Shown piece by piece: positions 14,292 to 23,240 of a DNA stretch of 32,000 nt; the first letter of the stretch is position 1; every line of letters begins with the position of its first letter. This stretch comes from Methanothermobacter thermautotrophicus. Lineage in GTDB: Archaea > Methanobacteriota > Methanobacteria > Methanobacteriales > Methanothermobacteraceae. The notes beneath the pieces were generated by a model. The model worked only from the letters and a program-made list of their open reading frames with translations. It ran no database searches and had not been told where the DNA came from. The stretch is taken from contig NZ_QKOF01000007.1 in the NCBI RefSeq assembly GCF_014889545.1, positions 165,718 through 197,717 on the forward strand. Reading direction: 5' to 3'. The position numbers and the translations under genes are program-made.

Positions 14292-17271
14292 ACCTGTATC
14301 CCCCCTCTCCTATTATGAGTACAGTGTCATCTGGTCCTGCAATTTCAAGGGCCCTCCTGACGGCCTCGGCCACCTGCTCCCTGCTGGCCCCCAGGGTGCC
14401 TCCACCGGCCCTCATCCTGCTGGATTCTATGTGGACCGCCTTCTCCCCGAGGATGCCCGAGGCCCTCCTGGCGGCATAGGATGCAGGTATGACCACATCT
14501 GCATCCTTGAGGATCGCTGCCATCTCCCTGTCCCCTTCGATTCCGCTCTCTGATGCCACGGTGTTGACCACTATAAGTCTCCGGTCACCCCTGAGCTCCT
14601 GCATGACGGCCCTGACACCTGCAGGGTTGTGGGCGTAGTCCAGGATGACCCTGGGCGACTCTAAGATCTCCTGGAACCTTCCGGGGACGCCTTTGAATGA
14701 TTCGATGCCCCTGACGATGTCATCGATCTCCACTCCCAGGGTCCATGCGGCTGCAGCCGCTGCAAGGGCATTGTAGACATTGAACATCCCGGGGGTTGCA
14801 AGTCTAACCTCCCTCATCTCCTGTCCGATCAGGAGCTTGAAGCCACCAGGGGTTGCATCGATGGCCATGACGTCTGGCTGGGGCCTCCTGTACCCGCAGA
14901 TGCACTGGTAGTCGCCGAGGTGCCCCATGGTCCTCCTGGTGTACCTCAGGGGCTTTCCGCACCTGGGGCACTCCCTGCCCTCAGGCACCACTCCCCTGGA
15001 CTCAGAGCTCTGTATGCCATAGAAAACCACCCTTTCACCAGGGAGTCCATCTGCAAGGGAGGCCACAACAGGGTCATCTGCATTGAGCACGAGATCCTCT
15101 GCAACCTCCACCATTTCAGCCTTGCATTCTATGTAGTCAGAGAATCTCCTCCCGCCCGACAGGTGGTCCCTTGATATGTTTGTTATAACACCCAGTGAGA
15201 CGCCGGAGAGCATGGCTGAACTTCCTATCTCACCCTTCCTCCCGAAGGTGCCTATCTCAACAACTGCGAGGTCACCCGGGAGCCTGGCCTGCAGGGCGGG
15301 TACAAGTTCCGTGTTTCCCTGGATCTTCAGGTGGTGCTCCGGGACCCTCATCCCTGCAGCCCTCATTATGGATTTGAGCATGGCAGTGGTTGTTGTTTTC
15401 CCGTTTGTCCCTGTAACACCCACCACGGGTTTATCGACCGGGCACATGTTGAGTACGTCCTTAACACCTATTATGTCTGCTTCAAGGCCCTCTATGAGTT
15501 CACGGATCCTCCTGTTATTCTCCAGGGCCGGTGTTATGGCCACAGTCCTCGCCCTCCTGAGTATATCAGGGTCATGGCCTCCGAGGTCGAGGTGTATCCC
15601 CTCCTCCCTCAGCACATCCGCCAGGGGTGTATCCTGCCGGAGATCCGAGACCACGACCCTGTGGCCCCTGGCCCTGAGGTTTCTTGCCATGAGGCTTCCC
15701 ACGTTTCCCAGGCCCCCGAGGACGACCACACAGTCATCCATGGACTTCAGGGCCTCCTCGATGTCGGACCTCACATTTTCGTAGGCGTTGACAACCCCGG
15801 GGCCTATATGAAGGATGGTATCCCCTGGTTCTGCAATCTCAAGGGCCCTCCTTATGCTATCATATACGCTCTCTGTCTTTATGGTCCTCTCCTCACCGGC
15901 GCCCCTGGCAACCTCATCGGCGGCCTCCATGTCAGTGACTCCGGTTGTCTCGTTCTTTGCACTTACGATGATGGTGTCGGCCCTTTCAGCCAGGACCCTC
16001 CCTATCCTCTCCTTGTCCCTCACCGTGAGGGTGTCCGGGTTGTCCAGGCTCACTATGAGTCTGCCCTGGAACTCCATGCCCTCGAATAGTTTCTCCATGC
16101 TCTCGGGGTTGTGGGCTGCGTCCATGTACACCCTGACACCGTCAACCTCATCTATGAATTCGAATCTGCCCCTGATGCCCCTGAAGTCCTCGATACGCCT
16201 CTTTATATCCTCCATGTCAAATCCGAGTATGAGTGCGACGGTTATGGCTGCAAGGGCGTTTTCAACGTTGAATATGCCCGGAACCCTGAGGTTTATCCTC
16301 TCCCTGATGGGCCCCACAGAGGCCATACCGTCATGTTCCCTGCAGTTGAGGACTCCGCAGGTGCTGCAGATGGCTGTGGGTATCTCAGAGACATCCAGCG
16401 TGAAAGTTGAGCCTGCAAGTCCCCTAAGCTCTATATCGGAGGCCCTGACCTGGATCCTGGCTGAGCCAGTGAATCTCCTGCCCATAAATTCTACCGTCCT
16501 CTTCTCACCCACACCATAGACCGCCTTTGCCACTTCAAGGTCGTCCAGGAGTCTTGATATAACTGGATCATCGCCGCAGAGTGCCAGAACACCTCCGGGG
16601 GCTATTAGATCCTTTATTGAGAAGTTCCTCTCAATGTACTCATCGTAGTCACTGAATTCGTCCATGTGATCGGGTGTGAGGTTTGTCACAACCCCTGCTG
16701 AGAGTTCGAGGCCCTCGGCCATCCTTATTGTGCCGTGGGGGAGTTCGAACACCGCAAGATCCCTGTCGCATGTATCCCCCTTCACCACGAGTTCCACGAG
16801 GCCCTCTATCACCAGGGAATCCTGGAGTGATGAGAATGATACTGTCCTGTAGCGTGAGGAGAGGATGTGGTCTATCATGTTGGTTGTTGTGGTCTTCCCG
16901 TCGGTTCCCGCCACTCCGACCATGGGGATCCCTATGAGCTCGTTGAGGGTCCTCCCTATATCTGAGCTTGTTATTTGGACCAGGTCCCCGGCATCCCTTA
17001 CCATTTTACGTACCGGTGCGTCCTGGGGGATGTTGGGTGATATGAAAACAGCGTCTGCCCAGAGTATATCCTCCATGCTGTGACCCCCGAACCTGAACTT
17101 CACACCCTCATCCTTCATCTCAGCTATCCTCTTCTGGGCCTTCGGGGGGAGTTCATGGAGTTCCCTGACATCGTTAACAAGGACCCTGTTGTTGAGGTGG
17201 TTGAGCAACCTCGCTGCAGGCCTACCTGCGTTTCCAGCTCCAATCACAAGCACTTTCCTGTTCCTGATCAA
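14269..17271 (-). CDS. Tandem double Mur-ligase (two MurD/MurT-like units fused in one polypeptide)
   Basis: 1000-aa track ORF with a TTG start. Unit 1 has VLVIGAGNAGRPAARLL (MurD-type Rossmann N-domain) and GVAGTDGKTTTTNMI (P-loop). Unit 2 has VVVLGGLGNVGSLMARNL and GVTGTNGKTTTTAML, plus a Cys4 ribbon CPRCGKPLRYTRRTMGHLGDYQCICG. Both halves carry DxAHNP-type motifs (DAAHNPESM and DYAHNPAGV). Confidence 0.85.
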   Translation of the reverse strand: MIRNRKVLVIGAGNAGRPAARLLNHLNNRVLVNDVRELHELPPKAQKRIAEMKDEGVKFRFGGHSMEDILWADAVFISPNIPQDAPVRKMVRDAGDLVQITSSDIGRTLNELIGIPMVGVAGTDGKTTTTNMIDHILSSRYRTVSFSSLQDSLVIEGLVELVVKGDTCDRDLAVFELPHGTIRMAEGLELSAGVVTNLTPDHMDEFSDYDEYIERNFSIKDLIAPGGVLALCGDDPVISRLLDDLEVAKAVYGVGEKRTVEFMGRRFTGSARIQVRASDIELRGLAGSTFTLDVSEIPTAICSTCGVLNCREHDGMASVGPIRERINLRVPGIFNVENALAAITVALILGFDMEDIKRRIEDFRGIRGRFEFIDEVDGVRVYMDAAHNPESMEKLFEGMEFQGRLIVSLDNPDTLTVRDKERIGRVLAERADTIIVSAKNETTGVTDMEAADEVARGAGEERTIKTESVYDSIRRALEIAEPGDTILHIGPGVVNAYENVRSDIEEALKSMDDCVVVLGGLGNVGSLMARNLRARGHRVVVSDLRQDTPLADVLREEGIHLDLGGHDPDILRRARTVAITPALENNRRIRELIEGLEADIIGVKDVLNMCPVDKPVVGVTGTNGKTTTTAMLKSIMRAAGMRVPEHHLKIQGNTELVPALQARLPGDLAVVEIGTFGRKGEIGSSAMLSGVSLGVITNISRDHLSGGRRFSDYIECKAEMVEVAEDLVLNADDPVVASLADGLPGERVVFYGIQSSESRGVVPEGRECPRCGKPLRYTRRTMGHLGDYQCICGYRRPQPDVMAIDATPGGFKLLIGQEMREVRLATPGMFNVYNALAAAAAAWTLGVEIDDIVRGIESFKGVPGRFQEILESPRVILDYAHNPAGVRAVMQELRGDRRLIVVNTVASESGIEGDREMAAILKDADVVIPASYAARRASGILGEKAVHIESSRMRAGGGTLGASREQVAEAVRRALEIAGPDDTVLIIGEGGYRYGEEAIR

Positions 17272-17479
17272 TTACATGCACCCATAAACCTTTTTATCAA
17301 ACAAGCTCTCCTTCCTGATGAACTGTGAATAAGAGTAACACCATATGCCAATGATAGTAGCTTTACCTTACCGGTCAGACAGTCTACCTAAAGATATGTG
17401 CTCATCCTATATAGCTATCAGGATCCCGGACCAATCCCTGGAGGTGCCCATCACCACCAGTGGGTCCTGTCAATGTGAT

Positions 17480-18694
17480 CTAGGCACATGATACAATGGC
17501 CTCGAGTTCCTCCTGGATCCTGATAAGCACATCCTGTCCGTTACCTGCCACAAGTATCCTCCCATACTCCCTGGAGAACTCCCTGACCATCCCTGGAATC
17601 TCCCGGGGGTCATGGGTGGTGAGGACCTCCGATGGGATCCTGAGTTCCCTCAGGTGCTCAAGGGCCATCTCAACCGTGTCCTCAAGCCCCGGAAAGAGTA
17701 CAAGGATTTCAGGTGGAGACTCTGCGATTTCATCAAGGATCCCCAGACGCCACTCCTCTGATCTTCGTGGTGTGCCCAGGAATACGACATCAAAATCAGA
17801 TTCACTGAGCAGGGCCCTCATGGCGTGGGGGTTATCGGTTTTACCTGCAACCACCACTGCACCATTCACACTGAACGATCTTATGCGGCCCGCCACCGGT
17901 CTGAACCCTGAGAGGTACCTGGCGGTGACCTCAGATGGTATTCCAAGAAATTTCAGGGCCTCCTCAGCGGCCCCTGCGTTGAGTCTGTTGAACTTCCCCT
18001 CCAGGACGAGTTCACCCCGGTAGGGGGTGTATCTCATGACCCTCCTGGCCCTCACTGTGAGTTCCCTGAGGTGGGGTTCGTCTTCAGATATGACCACATC
18101 CCTGCCCTCAAGGAACCCGGCCACCGAGTCCCTGTAGTTCTCCATGGACCCGTGAAAGTCCAGGTGGTCCTCTCCCAGGTTTGTGAGGACAACCAGGTCA
18201 ATGTCGAAGCACCTGGATGCGAATTCAAGGGTCATGTCGCAGACCTCCACCACCATGTAATCGAATTCCTCCTCAGATGCCCTCAGTATGACCTCAGTGT
18301 ATCCATCGAATCCGCCTCCTGCGTTTCCGCCGAGGAGGACCCTCCTGCCTGCACTCTCAAGTACATGTGCTATCATTGACGCCGTCGTGGTCTTCCCGTT
18401 GGTCCCTGTAACTGCAACTGTGACCGGCTCCCTGTGACCCCTGAGTACCCTGCAGAGGAGCCTGTCACTGAACCTTTCCCAGAGATCTGTGCCAAAGAGT
18501 GAGGGGCTCAGTACAACGGCATCAGATGAGGCTATCCTCTCTGTGTCATGGAAGCCAAGGTCAACGTCCACGCCCTCCATGTTCAGTTCAATATCATCCC
18601 TTATATCACTGGCGTATACGCTGTGGCCCCTCCTCCTGAGGGATTCAACAGCCTTTAAACCCTCAACTCCAAGTCCCAGAACCGCAATCCTCAT
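17480..18694 (-). CDS. MurD-like Mur-family ligase (single unit)
   Basis: The track ORF runs to 18760, but the ATG at 18694 is preceded by GGTGA with a 4-nt spacer and starts MRIAVLGLGVEGLKAVESLRRRGHSVYASD (Rossmann N-domain). It avoids overlap with the upstream 88-aa gene. The P-loop is VAVTGTNGKTTTASMI. Confidence 0.85.
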   Translation of the reverse strand: MRIAVLGLGVEGLKAVESLRRRGHSVYASDIRDDIELNMEGVDVDLGFHDTERIASSDAVVLSPSLFGTDLWERFSDRLLCRVLRGHREPVTVAVTGTNGKTTTASMIAHVLESAGRRVLLGGNAGGGFDGYTEVILRASEEEFDYMVVEVCDMTLEFASRCFDIDLVVLTNLGEDHLDFHGSMENYRDSVAGFLEGRDVVISEDEPHLRELTVRARRVMRYTPYRGELVLEGKFNRLNAGAAEEALKFLGIPSEVTARYLSGFRPVAGRIRSFSVNGAVVVAGKTDNPHAMRALLSESDFDVVFLGTPRRSEEWRLGILDEIAESPPEILVLFPGLEDTVEMALEHLRELRIPSEVLTTHDPREIPGMVREFSREYGRILVAGNGQDVLIRIQEELEAIVSCA

Positions 18695-18713
18695 CGATTC
18701 ACCGTTCCTGCCC

Positions 18714-18980
18714 TCAGTTATCATCCCTTTCATCAGAGACTCCCTTATCCTCTTCATCATCGGATACTCCGTACTCCTCCTTGAGCTGGGCTATTATATC
18801 CTCATTCTTTGACACCTCTGGCTTCACCGTCCCTTCATCCCCACTAACCTTCTTTCTCCTTCCTATAAAAACAATCAGTACGATTATGACTGCAATGGCC
18901 GCTATAACAGCTGCAACGGTTATGATAACGTCAATGCCTATTACTGGAGTCTCTGTACCGGCTCCGGGTCCCATTGTCAC
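18714..18980 (-). CDS. Small single-pass membrane protein with acidic C-terminal tail; first gene of the ligase operon
   Basis: 88-aa track ORF with the TM helix IDVIITVAAVIAAIAVIIVLIVFIG followed by RRKK and an E/D-rich tail. Its stop lies 19 nt before the ligase start, and a TATA-like element lies upstream. Confidence 0.55.
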   Translation of the reverse strand: MTMGPGAGTETPVIGIDVIITVAAVIAAIAVIIVLIVFIGRRKKVSGDEGTVKPEVSKNEDIIAQLKEEYGVSDDEEDKGVSDERDDN

Positions 18981-18990
18981 ACCTCAAAAT

Positions 18991-19018
18991 TTTATATAAA
19001 CGATCATACAATATATAT
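18991..19018. promoter_or_regulatory. Divergent promoter region with two TATA-like boxes
   Basis: tttatataaa (18991..19000) ends 24 nt before the ATG at 19024, which implies a leaderless or near-leaderless mRNA. atatatat (19011..19018) lies ~31-38 nt upstream of the minus-strand start at 18980. Confidence 0.5.
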
Positions 19019-19023
19019 CTTAC

Positions 19024-19587
19024 ATGATAATCAGGGATTTAAGGGGGCAGGGGGGTGCAGAATACATACTGCTCTTCGCAGCGATAATAGTGATAGCTGT
19101 TGCAGCCCTCTACATATACAGCTCCTACTTCAAATTCGCAGGGAACGAGACCGTGGAGGTCAAACTCACCATAACGAATATCGGACCATCCAAGAGCAAG
19201 TTCATCTATGAGGCCAACAACACCACGGGTGGTGGGAGCAGGCACATAGTATCAGGGGACCCAGGTAACAGATTCTTCCTTCTCCAGCCGGGTGCAAGCA
19301 GGACCTTCAACCTTGGGAGGATGAGTGGGGGTACAAGCTTCACCATTGAGGGGGGAGTGGGAGACCCCCGCGGCGGAACAGATGACCTGAGGGGTATAGG
19401 TCAGAGGGGCCGCTGGACCCTCACAATCGGCAACCAGACCTACTCATGGGTTATAAGCGGACCCTACGACTACCGCAGGAACCCCACCGGCAGTGTGCTG
19501 ATGTCCTTCTCAATAAGTGGAGGTGGAGGTTCACCCTTCAAATTCAGCAGTGACCAGGTTCAGGTGAGGGGAAACGTATCAGGCTGA
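19024..19587 (+). CDS. Class III signal peptide (archaeal type IV pilin-like) protein
   Basis: 187-aa track ORF. The N-terminus MIIRDLRGQGGAEYILLFAAIIVIAVAALYIY fits the K/R-G-Q...E-hydrophobic prepilin-peptidase substrate pattern. The mature part is Gly-rich and beta-rich. Confidence 0.7.
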   Translation: MIIRDLRGQGGAEYILLFAAIIVIAVAALYIYSSYFKFAGNETVEVKLTITNIGPSKSKFIYEANNTTGGGSRHIVSGDPGNRFFLLQPGASRTFNLGRMSGGTSFTIEGGVGDPRGGTDDLRGIGQRGRWTLTIGNQTYSWVISGPYDYRRNPTGSVLMSFSISGGGGSPFKFSSDQVQVRGNVSG

Positions 19588-19661
19588 GAGATCTGAAGCT
19601 AGAGCAGCAGAAATTCACTGTGATGGGGAACCCGTCAGGATTAGATGAGAAAATGTGAGGG

Positions 19662-20162
19662 GTGATGTGTTTGAGCAGATATGAGAGGGCCACATTCGGT
19701 GCTGGATGCTTCTGGGGGGTTGAGGATGCCTTCAGGAAGGTTGAGGGTGTTGTGTCCACCAGGGTGGGATACATGGGGGGTCACACTGAGAACCCCACCT
19801 ATGAGGATGTATGCACCGGCCTCACAGGACATGCCGAGGTGGTTGAGGTAACCTTTGACCCTGAGGTTGTGGGTTACAGGGACCTCCTTGACGTCTTCTG
19901 GAGCATACATGACCCGACAACCCTCAACAGGCAGGGCCCGGACGTTGGGGAGCAGTACCGCTCGGTCATATTCTACCACAGCGATGAACAGAGGAAGGAG
20001 GCCCTGGAGTCAAGGAGGAGGCTTAAAGAGTCCGGGAGGTTCATGGACAGGATAGTTACAGCCATAGAGCCGGCAGGCACCTTCTATGAGGCCGAGGAGT
20101 ACCACCAGCAGTATCTTGAGAAAAACCCCCAGAGGAGATGCTACATAAGGAGATTTTACTGA
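19662..20162 (+). CDS. msrA: Peptide-methionine (S)-S-oxide reductase
   Basis: Track ORF starting at a GTG, with ATG at 19665 more likely. It carries the diagnostic [31 protein letters not shown]...[24 protein letters not shown]...YHQQYL. Confidence 0.95.
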   Translation: MMCLSRYERATFGAGCFWGVEDAFRKVEGVVSTRVGYMGGHTENPTYEDVCTGLTGHAEVVEVTFDPEVVGYRDLLDVFWSIHDPTTLNRQGPDVGEQYRSVIFYHSDEQRKEALESRRRLKESGRFMDRIVTAIEPAGTFYEAEEYHQQYLEKNPQRRCYIRRFY

Positions 20163-20185
20163 ACCTAGACAGGATGGCTGATTAA

Positions 20186-21856
20186 ATGAAAAGGATATGT
20201 GATGATGTATCCCTGGTGCTCTGCGGTGAGGCAGGGCAGGGCATACAGACAGTGGAGACCCTCCTGATAGGGGCCTTCAAGGCCACCGGCTACCACATAT
20301 TCTCCTCCAAGGAGTACATGTCCCGTGTCCGTGGAGGAGAGAACTCCACACTGATAAGGGTGTCATCCAGGCCGGTGCGGGCCTTCATAGAGAGGGTGGA
20401 TGTGCTATTTGCACTGAGCCCGGGTGCAGTGGAACACATGGGTGACCGTGCGAAGGAGACACTGGTCATTGCAGATGATGGCTTTGATGAGGAGGGCGCC
20501 ATAGGGTTGCCGATAATAGCCGAGGCAGAGAAACTTGGGGGCAGGATATTCGCCAACGTCGTTGCAGCGGGTGCAGCCGCAAACCTCTTCGGTGTTAATG
20601 AGGAAACATTTGATGGGGCTGTGAGGTCCCTCTTCGAACGTAAGGGTCCAGATATATTGGAGGCTGACCTGAGGGCCGGTAGGAAGGGCTATGAACTCGG
20701 TGAGGAACTCAGGGGGCACCTGGAGATCAGCATTGAGCCCCAAACATCGGTGAGGGAACACGTGGTCCTCAACGGGACAGAGGCCGTTGGCATAGGATGC
20801 ATCGCAGGGGGCTGCCGCTTCATGTCATCCTACCCCATGACACCCTCAACTCCACTGCAGATATTCATATCAGAGAATGCCGATGAATTCGATATGGTCT
20901 TCGAGCAGGCAGAGGACGAGATTGCAGCCATTAACATGTGCCTGGGGGCCTCCTATGCAGGTGCAAGGTCCCTTGTTGCAACCTCAGGGAGTGGATTTGC
21001 CCTCATGGAGGAGGCTGTGGGCCTTGCAGGTATGATAGAAACGCCTGTGGTTATATACATAGGCCAGAGACCCGGGCCGGCCGTCGGTCTTCCCACCAGG
21101 ACAGCCCAGGAGGACCTGAACCTCGCCCTCTACTCCGGGCCGGGTGAGTTCCCCAGGGCAATTCTGGCTCCCGGGAAACTCGAGGATGCCCCTGATATAG
21201 CAGCCCATGCCTTCAACCTTGCAGAAAGGTACCAGGTACCCGTATTTCTGCTCTCAGACCAGTACCTGGCGGACCTCTACTACAACCTCCCTGCTCCTGT
21301 GGTCAGCGTGGAACCCGAGTACCATTTAGTCAGGACATGGGAGGGGTACAGGAGATTCGAGTTCACAGATGACGGTATCTCACCCAGGGGTATCCCGGGC
21401 CATGGTTCCGGGATGGTCAGGGTGGACTCTGATGAACACGATGAGGAGGGCCTGATAACTGAGGACATGGATGTCAGGAGGCGGATGGTTGAGAAGAGGA
21501 ACATGCGCCTTGATATGCTGAGGGATGATGCCCTGAAACCCGAGGTCATCGGTGATAATTCACATGCCCTGATATGCTGGGGCTCCACCTACTGGCCGGT
21601 CCGGGAGGCCATAGAGTCCTCGGATGCCGATGTGGCCATGGTGCACTTCAGTCAGGTATACCCCCTCCCACATGACACCCTGGAGCTCCTTGAATCCTTT
21701 GAAAGGACCGCCGTGGTTGAGAACAACTATGGGGGCCAGTTCGCGGACCTCCTTAAGCTCGAGGGATTTGAGGCCGATGCCAGGTTGAACAGGTATGATG
21801 GTATGCCCTTCAGTGTTGAGGGTGTTGCAGGGTTCATTGAGGAGGTTCTACTATGA
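20186..21856 (+). CDS. 2-oxoacid:ferredoxin oxidoreductase, fused gamma-alpha subunit
   Basis: 556-aa track ORF. The N-terminal ~180 aa ([21 protein letters not shown]) is gamma-like. The rest ([47 protein letters not shown]) is alpha-like. It has a 4-nt ATGA overlap with the beta gene. Confidence 0.85.
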   Translation: MKRICDDVSLVLCGEAGQGIQTVETLLIGAFKATGYHIFSSKEYMSRVRGGENSTLIRVSSRPVRAFIERVDVLFALSPGAVEHMGDRAKETLVIADDGFDEEGAIGLPIIAEAEKLGGRIFANVVAAGAAANLFGVNEETFDGAVRSLFERKGPDILEADLRAGRKGYELGEELRGHLEISIEPQTSVREHVVLNGTEAVGIGCIAGGCRFMSSYPMTPSTPLQIFISENADEFDMVFEQAEDEIAAINMCLGASYAGARSLVATSGSGFALMEEAVGLAGMIETPVVIYIGQRPGPAVGLPTRTAQEDLNLALYSGPGEFPRAILAPGKLEDAPDIAAHAFNLAERYQVPVFLLSDQYLADLYYNLPAPVVSVEPEYHLVRTWEGYRRFEFTDDGISPRGIPGHGSGMVRVDSDEHDEEGLITEDMDVRRRMVEKRNMRLDMLRDDALKPEVIGDNSHALICWGSTYWPVREAIESSDADVAMVHFSQVYPLPHDTLELLESFERTAVVENNYGGQFADLLKLEGFEADARLNRYDGMPFSVEGVAGFIEEVLL

Positions 21857-22719
21857 GGCCAGAGGATTATGACATGGAAACTGACATCGCATGGTGTCCT
21901 GGATGCGGTAACTTCTCCATCCTGAGGGCCCTTAAAATGGCCCTTGCAGAACTTGAGATACCCCCTGAGAGGCTTGTACTTGTCTCGGGGATAGGCCAGG
22001 CCGGGAAGCTCCCCCAGTACATGAGGTGCAACCACTTCAATGGACTGCATGGCAGATCACTCCCGGCTGCGGTGGCCATCAAGGCCGTGAACCCTGAACT
22101 CACCGTTATCGATGTGAGCGGTGACGGCTGCATGTACGGTGAGGGCGGGAACCACTTCATCCATAACATCCGGAGGAACCCTGATATAACCACCATCGTC
22201 CATGACAACATGGTCTACGGCCTCACCAAGGGCCAGGCGTCCCCCACAAGTCAGCCCGGCTTTAAGACTCCGGTGCAGGTCCATGGGGTCTTTGAGGAAC
22301 CATTCAACCCCATAGCCGTGGCGGTTGCCCTGGGGGCCACCTTCGTTGCAAGGGCCTTCTCAGGGGATGTTGAGAGGACACGTGACATACTGGTTGAGGC
22401 CATCAGCCACCATGGATATGCCCTCGTGGATATATTCCAGCCATGTGTGACCTTCAACCGTGTTAACACCTTCCAGTGGTTCCGTGAGCACACCTACTAC
22501 ACTGAACATGACCCTGAAGACAGGTTGCTGGCCTTTGAGAAGTCCCTTGAGGGATACGGTGGGGGTAAGTTTCCACTGGGGGTCATATACAGGGTTGAGG
22601 GTGAGAGGACCTTCGAGGAGAACCTGAGTATATACCGGGAGGATTCCACTCCACTCTGGAGGAGGAGCCATGACCCTGAAAAACTGAAGCGTCTCATTGA
22701 ATCAAAGAGGAGGGTGTAG
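21853..22719 (+). CDS. 2-oxoacid:ferredoxin oxidoreductase, beta (TPP-binding) subunit
   Basis: 288-aa track ORF with [17 protein letters not shown], and [20 protein letters not shown] (the GDG-x-N TPP motif). Confidence 0.9.
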   Translation: MRPEDYDMETDIAWCPGCGNFSILRALKMALAELEIPPERLVLVSGIGQAGKLPQYMRCNHFNGLHGRSLPAAVAIKAVNPELTVIDVSGDGCMYGEGGNHFIHNIRRNPDITTIVHDNMVYGLTKGQASPTSQPGFKTPVQVHGVFEEPFNPIAVAVALGATFVARAFSGDVERTRDILVEAISHHGYALVDIFQPCVTFNRVNTFQWFREHTYYTEHDPEDRLLAFEKSLEGYGGGKFPLGVIYRVEGERTFEENLSIYREDSTPLWRRSHDPEKLKRLIESKRRV

Positions 22720-22833
22720 CTTCAATTTAATTGATGCTGTATTCAATTATCGATGGGGGAAAATAGAAAATTAATGAAGGTATAAAGGTGATTGTGAATA
22801 AAAGTTCCACACACCCATTGGAGTGGTGATACC

Positions 22834-23172
22834 GTGAAAGAGAACATCAAACTCTACATAACCAGTGGTGAGGTTGAGGACTACCATGTTTTTCTTGAGA
22901 GGCTAGGGCAGTCCGGTCTTTCCTGGAGACCAGCGGATCCCGGGGATGCCGATGCAGTCATAGTACTTGCAGGTCTCTGGGGAAGCCAGAGGGATGAGAT
23001 AATGGGTGCTGTGGATCTTGCACGTAAATCATCAAAGCCCGTGATAACAGTGCGGCCCTATGGTCTTGAGAATGTGCCGCCTGAACTGGAAGCTGTGAGT
23101 TCTGAGATCGTCGGCTGGAACCCCCACTGCATAAGGGATGCTGTTGAGGATGCCCTGGACTCAATCCATTAG
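22834..23172 (+). CDS. MTH538-type TIR-like / flavodoxin-like single-domain protein (DUF1863 family)
   Basis: 112-aa track ORF with a GTG start 4 nt after GGTGAT. The sequence [13 protein letters not shown]...[40 protein letters not shown] matches my recollection of the Methanothermobacter MTH538 structural-genomics protein, which defines the TIR-like DUF1863 family. Confidence 0.6.
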   Translation: MKENIKLYITSGEVEDYHVFLERLGQSGLSWRPADPGDADAVIVLAGLWGSQRDEIMGAVDLARKSSKPVITVRPYGLENVPPELEAVSSEIVGWNPHCIRDAVEDALDSIH

Positions 23173-23240
23173 GGAACATAGGATCCCTATCTGCAAACTG
23201 AAAGATGAATCCATCAGGAACATAGGATCCCTATCTGCAA
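23163..23240. repeat. ~34-bp direct repeat (45-bp period) duplicating the last codons and stop of the TIR-like gene; the perfect 24-bp core contains a small hairpin
   Basis: 23163..23196 aatccattagggaacataggatccctatctgcaa versus 23208..23240 aatccatcaggaacataggatccctatctgcaa. The core ggaacataggatccctatctgcaa is identical in both (23173..23196 and 23217..23240). It contains atagg-atc-cctat, a 5-bp stem. Confidence 0.95.

Noticed and set aside
14920-16519. Long plus-strand track ORFs (15176..15784, 15331..16089, 15815..16519 and others) antisense to the 1000-aa ligase gene
   Set aside because: They lie opposite a reading frame with unmistakable Mur-ligase motifs. Their compositions are low-complexity (Ser/Pro/Leu/Arg-rich), they have no ribosome-binding site, and they overlap one another. 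These are typical antisense shadow ORFs. The same reasoning applies to the antisense or alternative-frame ORFs inside cobN, rad50, mre11, herA, nurA and the OFOR genes.
17272-17479. C/D-box sRNA in the 208-bp gap between the two ligase genes
   Set aside because: Box-like strings are present on the minus strand (gtgatgg, ctga, ggatgag, ctga). However, the C box is imperfect and the C-to-D' spacing (~26 nt) is far from the ~12 nt expected. The gap is more likely an internal promoter or UTR.
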